From assembly GCF_032118995.1 (NCBI RefSeq), contig NC_092661.1, positions 18,237,185-18,301,184 of the forward strand: a DNA stretch of 64,000 bases. Reading direction: 5' to 3'. Shown piece by piece: positions 24,347-33,536 of this stretch. This stretch comes from Asterias amurensis (Eukaryota). Within the stretch, counting starts at the first letter, position 1, and each line of letters starts with the position of its first letter. The notes beneath the pieces are model-generated. The model did no database searches, was not told the origin of the DNA, and was given only the letters and a program-made list of their open reading frames with translations. A program made the position numbers and the translations under genes.

Positions 24347-25446
24347 CAATTTCATCTTGCTTCTCCTCGTACAATGGAACAGTCAAGATTTCACCTTGCA
24401 ATTATTTTCTGTGACAACGCATTCATATACATCCAATATTTGTATAATATAGTGTGGCCCCTCAGAAAGTTTATAATACTAATAAAAATTTAAATAAATT
24501 AAAAAAAAACTTTTTTTTATTTTTTATTTTATAACTTATATGCTCTTTCCCTGAGTAATGTAGCTGTTTTGACATAACCATTTTCTACTCCCCTTTTTCC
24601 CCTTTATGAGTTTTGCTGAAACATTTTCATTATCTCTTAAACGATCTTTCAAACATAGTCTCTAAACTCATCCTCCAACTAGTAATCCTGCCACATGGAC
24701 ACGTTATCTTCTCACTAACGCCATTGAATCTTAAACTGTCTTTTACCAAAACTTAACTTTTTTAAATTTTCTTTTTAAGAATCACACAACTGCAGGTATA
24801 GTTTCAGTGTTGAAAGAGTTCTTTCTAAAAATACATGATCCACCCATAGATCATCCCTTTCAGGAATTCTTCACTTGACTGAAATAACAGAGCGATAAAC
24901 AAGGTGCCGAGTCCTATCGCTTTAAGAAGATTGATCAGTCATTAACATGCCCCTACATTATGTCATAAATCCAAGACATCGGGAAAATTTGAACTTGGTT
25001 AGATCACTTCCTTCGTCAATGGTTTGTCTTACCCTAAAATATTACTTATGACACTGTGATGTTCCAGATTATAATAAAATTATTTCTAACATAGAGAACA
25101 TCATAATCATCGTTCGGGGACAGAAGAAATTTAAACAAAATTCCTTGACTTTAGGATGAGAACTTGGACTTAAAGAAAAAGACTTGCCAAAGGAGCTGAC
25201 ATTTTTATTCAGCTTGAACATTTAAAAAAATGTATGTGTTTTTAGCTCCAGATTTATAATTGTTCAGAGCCCAGTTTCGTAACTCTGTTACCAGTAAGCA
25301 AATCTTTGTGCTTCCCATAGCAGAAAATGAGTGCAAGCAGAAGAGTATTTCAATAATCATCAAAAAGATTTGACATTGATTATCTTGAATTGATATTAAG
25401 CTGTTTCATAGATGACCTGCATGTATAAGGTTTGCGGTGGTACTCA

Positions 25447-25837
25447 TTAAAGGAACACGTTGCCATGGATCGGACGAGTTGGTCTATAAAAAGGGTTTGT
25501 AACCGTTTTTTTATACAATGCATATGGTTGGAAAGATGTTTTAAAAGTAGAATACAATGATCCACACAAGTTTGCCTCGAAATTGCGTGGTTTTCCTTTT
25601 ACTGTGTGAACTAACACGGTCGGCCATTTATGGGAGTCAAAAATTTGACTCCCATAAATGGCCGACCGTGTTAGTCGACGAGGTAAAAGGAAAACCGTGC
25701 AATTTCGAGGCATGTTTGTGTGGATCACTGTATTCTACTTTTACAATATCTTTCTACCCATATGCATTTTATAAAAAACGGTTACAAACGCTTTTCAAAG
25801 ACCAACTCGACCGATCCAAGGCAACGTGTTCCTTTAA
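25447..25837. mobile_element. MITE family B, full palindromic copy.
   Basis: Same TIRs. The central ggccatttatgggagtcaaaaatttgactcccataaatggcc is a perfect palindrome. Confidence 0.9.
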
Positions 25838-26747
25838 TGACAAAATTGAGTCATGACAGTTGCAACAGCAGTAAAAGGGAATCGGTTCAATAAAACCATA
25901 CTGGCTGGTCCTTGCTCGATGTATGATTTAGTCAAAAGAAGCACAGATCCAAATAACAATGTCACTGGTATAATTCATCACCGTTTTCTCAAAGAGCCAC
26001 TTATGCCAAAATGGGCTGAGGATTATAAAAAATAAAAAGAGCATAAATTCACAATTAATTAGTTTTTTGTGATGTTTCTGAACAAGAACCAATATGAATA
26101 AGTACATTAGAAAATTTGTACTCACAAAAAATTCTCACAAAAAAAAATACTAAAAGAAATACTGAATGACTTTAAGGGTAATGCTTAACCATGCCTCAAG
26201 GAAAATGAAGAATTCTTTGAAATTACCTTCCACAGAGCCAGCTGGAACAAGTCATTACCAGTAAATACTGGTCTGAGTTTTGACAGTTTCCTTGTAAATG
26301 TTTTAAGGAAACACACAAATGTAAAATAAATTCAATTTTTCCAAGGCTATATGAATCTATGTTCAAATCTCCATAGGAATTGGAATGTTAATGATCACGG
26401 TGGAATAAACCTGGATGCTGAGGTCGGTCATGGCAACTTTTGACTAGTTGTGACCGGTCATAACCGTTGTGACCGGCCATAACTGCCTAAAAGCTGCCAT
26501 TTGCAAAAGCAAATAGGTTCTATGTTTTCCTAGCTCTATGGTTTACCAGAATATTACACTGTATGTTTAATACACATAAATGTAATAAGACCGTTGGGGT
26601 TTAGCACTTGAGGTCACCATCAACCATTTGAACATAAAATGGCTACATTACAACTTGTCTAATAACGCAACAAGCATGCTCCAATCTTTTCTTGAGATAG
26701 TACAGAAGTTATGGGCTGAACATTGCTAGTGGCTGTCACTGAATATG

Positions 26748-27143
26748 CCTTTAAAGACCCTGGACACTACTGATAATTGTCAACGACCAGTCTTCTCACT
26801 TGGTGTATCTCAACATATGCATAAAATAACAAACCTGTGAACATTTGAGCTCAATCAGTCATCAAAGTTGCGAGATAATAATGAAAGAAAAACACCCTTG
26901 TCACACAAAGTTGTGTGCTTTCAGATGCTTGATTTCGAGACCTCAGATTCTAAATCTGAGGCCACGAAATCAAATTAGCAGAAAATTACTTCCGTCTCGA
27001 AAACTACGTCACTTCAGAGGAAGCCGTTTCTCACAATGTTTTATACTATCAACCTTTTTCCAATTACTTGTTACCAAGTAAGGTTTTATGCTAAAAATTA
27101 TTTTGAGTAGGCCCAATTACCAATAGTGTGCACTGCCTTTAAA
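26748..27143 (+). mobile_element. MITE family A, full copy.
   Basis: TIRs cctttaaagaccctggacactactgataatt / aattaccaatagtgtgcactgcctttaaa. The internal module is conserved. Confidence 0.85.
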
Positions 27144-27957
27144 TGATGAATGAGTCTTTCCAATTATTACTACATACAAAATAAAACTAATATTAGTTTA
27201 GTTTCCCAAATAATATTGAAGCCATGTCCAGATCTTCATGCTCTACTTGCTACAAAGAATGTTAATGGTCACAGTATAAAATAACCTATGCAATCTGTGG
27301 GAGCGATGATGAGTGGGTATACTGGCTGTATGTTCATGTAATAAAGTGGAACATTCTTGGGGTTCCTGAAATCCCATGACTGTAAACTTATCAAGGAGTT
27401 GGAAAGGGGGGGTAGGGAATGGGGAGAAAAATTCAAAGATGATTTGTCATCTTGTTGTTGATTCAAACAAGATGCAGAGATTATAAGCCGATGTTGGCGC
27501 CATGAAACAAAATCATGGCACTGGCGTCTTTCTGGCTGACCTCGGATGCTGCAATGATTTTCATTTTCATACAAATAATTTTGTTGTTTAAACTTCAGGA
27601 AATGTTCTAGTAAGCCACAATATCAATGTGGGGGACAGACTAATTATTACATCGTGTATGAGCAGAACTTTCATCATGAGTGTTAATGGGTACATACATC
27701 CCATGGCTTTGCAGAGTATGGTCAGTGACTACTTACAAAACTTGGTAACCATCTATCTTAAACTTGGTAATACCTTTCAGACCTTGTGATACATAGCATC
27801 TGAGAAGTATTTCTTTTCAATACTGGATGCGGGAGCTCCAAGAGTAGAATTAGGACTGAGCAATTCCAATATTAAGACAGGTGTGGTTCAAAATGCAGAA
27901 AATGTTTGAATTGCTTATGTTTTGTTTTATGTTGCTGTTTCATAATATTCAAGATCT

Positions 27958-28204
27958 GGGCCCAATTTCATAGAGCTGCTAAGCACAAAAATTTGCTAAG
28001 CATGAAATTTCTTCCTTGATAAAAACAGGGTTACCATCCCAATTTCCATTTGTTGAACATTGCTTGTTACTGGTATTCAGCTGCTGTTTGCTTATCCTGA
28101 AAATCACGTGGAAATTTGGTTGGTAATCCGTTTTTTTTCTTCGAGGAAGACATTTTCATGCTAAGCAAATTTGTGTGCTTAGCAGCTCTATGAAATTGGG
28201 CACA
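27958..28204. mobile_element. MITE family D (~250 bp). TIR GGGCCCAATTTCATAGAGCTGCTAAGCAC.
   Basis: Terminal inverted repeats gggcccaatttcatagagctgctaagcacaaa / tgtgcttagcagctctatgaaattgggc. Confidence 0.8.
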
Positions 28205-28416
28205 AGTCTGCTTCCACAAACAAGATCTTCTTGATCGCATTAGATAGAGCTTGATTTAATAGATGATATTACTTGACATCTCATCCACCTTCATATGTTA
28301 TCCCTACTCTATAATGGATCTGCCTCACTGCTGCACGACCTATATGTCATTTACTTGTAATATTAAATGCATGACAATAATCAGCTGCTCAACTCCAACA
28401 TAAAAATCTGTGCCAC

Positions 28417-28600
28417 TTCTTCAACAGAGGGCAGCAAACAAGTCTTGAAAATTAAAACTTCTCATCCTATTCAAAAGTTTTTGGTAGAGGGCAGCAAATT
28501 CTTTTCCAGAGAATCACTAACATTATCTCATTCAATTCCACAAGGTTTCATCCAGTTTAAACCATGATCCATCTCAACAGAGGGCAGCAAACTCTTTTCC
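28417..28600. repeat. Three spaced direct repeats of (c)aacagagggcagcaaaNNcttttccag, at ~28419, ~28486 and ~28573.
   Basis: Direct reading; minisatellite-like. Confidence 0.6.
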
Positions 28601-29972
28601 AGTCTTTCAACTCTCGATACTTGAGAAACTCAAACAATATATTCTCATTCTATTCCACAAGAGGGAGGTTTTTAACCTTTATATCTGTAAGGCAATTTCA
28701 TCCCTATTGATCAGGTGAAGTGCCCGAACAGGTGTTTTAAAACAGTTAAGAATATACATTTTAATGCTATTTCATCTAGACAAAAAGATGAAAATGTATG
28801 AATTTAACTAGTAAAATGTAGTTGTTTTTTTTTTTTTTCAATATACAAAGCCAACTCCACATAACAAGTAGCGGTTGATATAGAACCAGTTAATTGACTG
28901 CAGTTTTTAACAAGTTCATGCCCATCACCCATAACACGTTATCACAGTCAGAAGCAACACCCACCATGTGCTTATTTAAGTTTACTTTCACTGCCTGCAA
29001 AACCCTTGTCTTTGGCAATTTAGAACCAGAAACAAGAAGAGCAAGACATGAATTATTCTAAGCTCCAAGGATCATGGTAAACACAAAAGTGAGGCTTTGA
29101 ATCCAGAACTGCCACCGAATATCACAATTCCTGAAGTACTTTGATAAAACCATCAACAATTTTCTTCTAGTTTTGGTACAAAGCACAATCTTAGACATCA
29201 AACAAATCATTGGCAAAGGTTGACAATTGCCTGCCAAGTGCTTACATCCCTTGATGTAAAGAAGAAATAATATTGATACTTGGTTCACACTATTTACCCA
29301 AACTGTGCTGCAAAGAAGTAAACCTTTCTGAAAGTTTTTAAGGCATTGAAACCCAACACATAGTGGTGGTCTCCAAAAAATGTTTGAGGAGTCTCAACAA
29401 TCATAAAAGTGACACTCATGAAGTTGATTACTGTACGAAACATTGCCACTGATATTGGTTTCAAACAAAAAGTTCACAGCTGAGAATGTAGCTTACCTCC
29501 ATATCCGATTCTTACGCTTGTGGTTCCCAGCAAATGATCACTGTACGATCAACGTCTGAATGTAAACTGTTTGGTAAACCTTGGGGGTTCTTTGTCAAAC
29601 AAGCCACCAAGTTCCTAATTGAATTTCCTTTGTCTTCCAGGTGAACCCATCTTAATTGGTCTTCTTCAGTGACCATGATTAATGAGCAGAGGACCGGCGA
29701 CTTAAAGGATGTTTTTCGTTATAGCGCGAGGTCACGTCATGACAGCAACGTAAAGATTTGTTTAGATCATGAATACCTTTGGCCCTATGTGCATGTAAAG
29801 ACATTAACCCCTTGAAGTGAAAATATATGATATTGATGGTCATGCACAAAATTCTTCATCGCTGAGAAGACAGAAACAACTCAATTAAGATTTTGAAATT
29901 GTAGAAAACACAGAAGAAACGCCCTCTGTAAAAAAAAAGTACAACAGTAACTCAATAAAACTGAGTACCTAC

Positions 29973-30191
29973 CTCGTCACAGGCGATGCAGCGAGGTAAT
30001 ACCAGCTCAGCGTAGTGCCGTTCACAGAAGATATGCCCGTCTTTATGGAAGTATGCTAAATCTACTAAAAGCTCATCACATGAGTAGCAGGTAAAACAAA
30101 ATGGATGCCAGCATAACGAGTCGTCCTCTAACAAGTCTGCATAGACACCCATATCACCCGCTTCAATCTCACCGCCACATTTAAAGCACTC
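29973..30191 (-). CDS. Internal coding exon, LIM domain 1 of the PET-LIM protein. Translation: ECFKCGGEIEAGDMGVYADLLEDDSLCWHPFCFTCYSCDELLVDLAYFHKDGHIFCERHYAELVLPRCIACDE
   Basis: Acceptor cctattttacgtag|GAG and donor GAG|gtaggt. The LIM signature C-x2-C...CWHPxCFxCxxCxELLVDLxYFxxDGxIxCxRHxAELxxPRCxACDE closely matches Prickle LIM1 (also Testin/LMCD1-like). It is 219 nt (73 codons) and contains ORF 29952..30152(-). Confidence 0.85.
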
Positions 30192-31253
30192 CTACGTAAA
30201 ATAGGAAATAATTGAAGAACAATCTTTAAATCTTATGAAAATATTCTCCTTTTAACCACTACATCATTGTCTGTCTCATTGTCATGTTTAAATCAATTGT
30301 ATTATTTCAGGCCTGGTACTTCACGAAGGCAAGGAAGGCGATTACCTCCTTTGCCCCTTGCCATTGCCTTGGTGCCCTTGAAATGCTCCAGTAGAACTTT
30401 ACAATTTCCTCATAGGGTGACATTTACCAAGGAGAAAATGCATTGGTGCCCTTGCCATTTCAAAAATGAAGCATACAGGGATGGATTTCACAAACAGTTA
30501 AGACTAGTCTTATCTTGAGTTAGGGCGAGTTACTCATCCTAACTTAGGACTAGCCACACGTTTTGTATATCTCTTAGGACTAATCCTAAGTTAGGTTTAG
30601 TCCCAACTCTTTGTGAAATCGACCACAAGTCATGTTTGTCCATATCTGGTTAGGCTATAGTCCGCATTTGGAAGTGGTACCTCTTTCTAATTTCTGAACC
30701 CCAGAACCCAAACAGCTTCTGTGACACATCTATTTGTATTTATTTCTATTTCTTTGGTGGAGAGGGTTGACAACTAAATCAATGCAGTCTAATTATTTAG
30801 ATAATTTAATTGGAAACGCTTTGTATTAGGAATGGAACCAAGTTAGGCTTGCACTATTAATAATCTCCTAATTTTGGTTTCAATTTATCCTTAAATGGTT
30901 ATTACCTTTCATAAAAGATGAAACATACTTGTTTCTAAAAAGGAATGTCTGGTATTCAACATTCCAATTCCTGAATGTTGTTGGAGAATGTTGTAACTGA
31001 ATGTTATTCCACAGTAATGTTTGCCATTTGGAGAATCATTACCCAGACATTTCCCCACAGGGCAATTCAAAAAAATTACCACAGAGCCCAAAATCTGCAA
31101 AACTCATCAGCAAAAGGTTCTGCTTTGTTGGTCATGTTTGCCAAGGAGTACTCATGTGGTATAATTTATTTCATTTGTTTTTCCACCATAGATCAAAGTA
31201 AAGTTGTATGGCACTCTGTGGAGATCATGGACATTCAAAGCACAAACTAAATT

Positions 31254-31353
31254 TTCATAATATCTCAAGAGAAGTCTTTCACATTACCTTCTGTAAACCT
31301 TGTAAGCTATTTGTAAATCTGTGAACTTTTTTTCTTTTTTTTCTGTTCCGAAA
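31254..31353 (+). mobile_element. MITE family C, 3'-terminal ~100-bp partial copy directly abutting the full copy at 31366.
   Basis: ttcataatatctcaagagaagtctttcacattaccttctgtaaaccttgtaagctatttgtaaatctgtgaacttttt... matches the last 100 bp of family C. Confidence 0.75.
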
Positions 31354-31365
31354 ATGTATAATGCC

Positions 31366-31728
31366 TTTAAAGCCATTGGACCCTTTCGGTAAACAGTGTT
31401 GTCCAAGGCCCACACTTTGTGGACCACAACTTCTATATCAAATAACAAACCTGTGAAAATTTAGGCTTAATCGGTCATCGGAGTCGGGAGAAAACCACCC
31501 AAACCCACTCTTGTTTCCGTGCGTTTCCCCGTGTCATGACATGTGTTTAAAATAAATCCGTCATTCTCGTTAACGAGAATTTATATTGTTTTGCTGTTTT
31601 CTTAAAAAGTAAAGCATTTCATGGAATAATATTTCAAGAGAAGTCTTTCACCATTGCCTTCTGTAAACCCTGTAAGTTATTTGTAAATCTGTGAATTTTT
31701 TTTTTTTTCTGAACCGAAAGGGCTTTAA
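31366..31728 (+). mobile_element. MITE family C, full copy. TIR TTAAAGCCATTGGACCCTTTCGGTA.
   Basis: TIRs ttaaagccattggaccctttcggta / (g/t)accgaaagggc(t/c)ttaa. Two more full copies elsewhere. Inside the PET-LIM intron. Confidence 0.85.
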
Positions 31729-31803
31729 GAGCTTTGCGTATCAGAGCTTTTTATCCACACTGTTGAACCTCATCCTCCTGTCATGCTTCCATATTCTACA
31801 TAC

Positions 31804-32040
31804 CTGATCTTCCTTAAGGTAATCTTTAACCCTTCCTGTTGAAAAGGCAACCTCATCTCTGAGCTCAATGAATTGATAGAAGCACTCGGTGGAGGCTGCA
31901 TCCAGGATGTGTCGACAGAGATCTTCTGACAGGTCCTGGTGAGGCATCTGAAGGATGATCTGCCGATCCCGATATTTCTCCCCAGCACTATGCAGCCTCG
32001 GGATTTGGTTGTTTGGAAGGGAATTCATGAAGTCTTCCAC
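31804..32040 (-). CDS. Internal coding exon, PET domain core. Translation: VEDFMNSLPNNQIPRLHSAGEKYRDRQIILQMPHQDLSEDLCRHILDAASTECFYQFIELRDEVAFSTGRVKDYLKEDQ
   Basis: Acceptor ttaattcccaaaag|GTG and donor CAG|gtatgt on the minus strand. Joined to the upstream exon it reads ...WVPQGLSPAK|VEDFMNSLP...S.GEKYR, which aligns with Prickle PET '[34 protein letters not shown]'. It is 237 nt (79 codons, phase 0/0). It lies inside the 175-aa ORF 31741..32268(-), whose upstream part looks non-coding. Confidence 0.8.
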
Positions 32041-32685
32041 CTTTTGGGAATTAAGGTCGTTAATATAGATAATTATATTTTGTATGTTTTGGTTGTCACG
32101 CCTTGAGCGCCTACTCTTAGCTGCATATGTGCACTTTGTAAGTTTTTTATTTTTCATATTTTTACTTTTAACAAACATAGGAATGATACAGTAAAACTTT
32201 GATACAGAAAACTTTTTCCAAAATTGATTGTGTCGATAGAGGGCAGCATTCTGTTTTATGGAGAGCATCTAGTGAATTGACTTTATTTATCTTGATGAAG
32301 AAAACACCTCTCCGTGCCATATAAACCGTCTTAAACCATGCATTAAGGTTCAAATAAGTATTAATTTATTATAGTACATTTTCCCCCACTTTTAAATTTT
32401 TTGTAAATGCTTGTACACTTAATGGCATTTCCCCCACACTGTATCAAGACTCTAACTTAAGAATTAAGTTCAACAAAGCTGTTAACTTTCCATAGAGTTC
32501 TAATGGGAGACTTATGGGAACACTAGGTGGCAGCAGACTGACCAGGTAAAACTCATCAATATTGGAGATAAGTGCACACACTCAACCTACACCTTGGCCA
32601 AACTACCCTGTGTGTCTCTTGCCACATCATGTCCTGTAGTCTCCCTATGTCTTAGATGAAATGAAAACAGACAAACATTGTTTAC
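32041..32685 (-). other. Intron (645 nt) between the two PET exons.
   Basis: GTAAAC donor at 32685 and aaaag acceptor at 32041. Multiple stop codons in all frames. Confidence 0.7.
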
Positions 32686-32866
32686 CTTTGCTGGAGAAAG
32701 CCCTTGCGGTACCCATGAGTAGCCAAGACTTAAGGCTCGTTCCTTGCTACGTACTAATTCATTGTGGTCTTTGGTATCTATGCCTAGACGTTCATATACA
32801 GTCACTAAGTTATCATGGATGATGTCATGGTCGTCTCGTTGACAACCACAAGCTGTACATGTACTC
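32686..32866 (-). CDS. Internal coding exon of a Prickle/Testin-family PET-LIM gene (start of PET domain). Translation: (x)STCTACGCQRDDHDIIHDNLVTVYERLGIDTKDHNELVRSKERALSLGYSWVPQGLSPAK
   Basis: Minus-strand acceptor ttatttcttgttctctcattatccag|G and donor AAG|gtaaac. The motif CxxCxCxxDDHD(I/V)(I/L) and ...Y.WVP.GL match the N-terminal PET region of Prickle/Testin proteins as I recall them. The exon starts at phase 2 (1 nt + 60 codons) and the open frame lies inside ORF 32587..33084(-). Confidence 0.75.
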
Positions 32867-33018
32867 CTGGATAATGAGAGAACAAGAAATAATGTATAAT
32901 GAGCTGATCTGCATACATACTGAATATGAAAAAAGGTACTACCTGTCAAAAAATAGTTGTTAGATGATTTACATAAACAAAAATATGTTTTAATAAGGAA
33001 ATCAATGTGTAGTGAAGA

Positions 33019-33122
33019 GGTTTTCAACTTGTGGTTTAATCCCAACGAGGCCTGGTTTTTGATAAAGTCGAGGTAAATTATCAAGAACCAGGCCTCGGAG
33101 GGTTTAAACCACTAGTTGAAAA
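33019..33122. repeat. Hairpin H1 (~100-bp inverted repeat) directly 5' of F1.
   Basis: ggttttcaacttgtggtttaatcccaacgaggcctggttttt ... aaccaggcctcggagggtttaaaccactagttgaaaacc. Confidence 0.8.
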
Positions 33123-33145
33123 CCGATTCAACACACTTTGATTCT

Positions 33146-33536
33146 CATTCATAAATACCTTTTCGGTCAAAAACATCAACACTTTTTGGTCAAAATGTAA
33201 AATAAATGCAAAAATTATAATTGTACAATGATTCCTTTCAACACAACACCCCTCCAGCTATGAAATGGTAAAGCCCTCCGTCGCCCTCGGGTAAACAACT
33301 CCTTTTAAGGGAATGCTGTGCGCGTCGCGCGTGTATCGCGTGATGTGGCACAACTGTTTCAGCCGTTGCTCTCGACCAATAGGAATGAAGAAACTGTCTT
33401 ATAAGAACAGGTGCAAGCTCGCGTGTCACGCCCATGTTTCAACACTTTTTACTGGTCATAAACAAAGGTTTATACACACCCACGTGACGTGCTCTCCACC
33501 AATAGGAATCGCGAAACTGTCTGAGGTATTTATGAA
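33146..33536. mobile_element. TIR element family F. Termini ATTCATAAATACC / GGTATTTATGAAC. GC-rich CpG core with E-box/CRE/CCAAT motifs.
   Basis: A second copy at 53388..53712 shares the termini and the 3' ~90 bp (aaaggtttatacacacccacgtgacgtgctctccaccaatagg...). In both copies it is immediately preceded by a ~100-140 bp hairpin (H). Confidence 0.65.

Larger units (their letters stand above)
30192..31803 (-). other. Intron (1612 nt) between the PET-core and LIM1 exons. It contains a C-family MITE and an adjacent partial copy.
   Basis: Bounded by the GTATGT donor at 31803 and the ...acgtag acceptor at 30192. Interior is AT-rich repeat sequence. Confidence 0.75.

Noticed and set aside
28417-28600. 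Possible CRISPR-like or regularly spaced repeat
   Set aside because: Only three degenerate ~27-bp repeats with unequal spacers in a eukaryotic AT-rich context. Minisatellite-like, not CRISPR.
29461-29640. Candidate downstream LIM2 exon of the PET-LIM gene (minus-strand GGAG|gtaagc donor-like site at ~29495 and other open stretches 29300-29640)
   Set aside because: All three frames upstream of the putative donor hit stop codons within 25 codons, and no HWH..HFCC..C LIM2 signature is present. A 47-nt mini-intron candidate right after the LIM1 donor (acceptor ...tttttttttacag at ~29926) also leads into frames with early stops.
31741-32268. 175-aa minus-strand ORF, the longest in the window
   Set aside because: Only its C-terminal 79 codons (31804-32040) are coding, and these are bounded by a clear acceptor and donor. 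The N-terminal 95 codons are low-complexity AT-rich sequence with no homology, so the ORF as a whole is not a gene.
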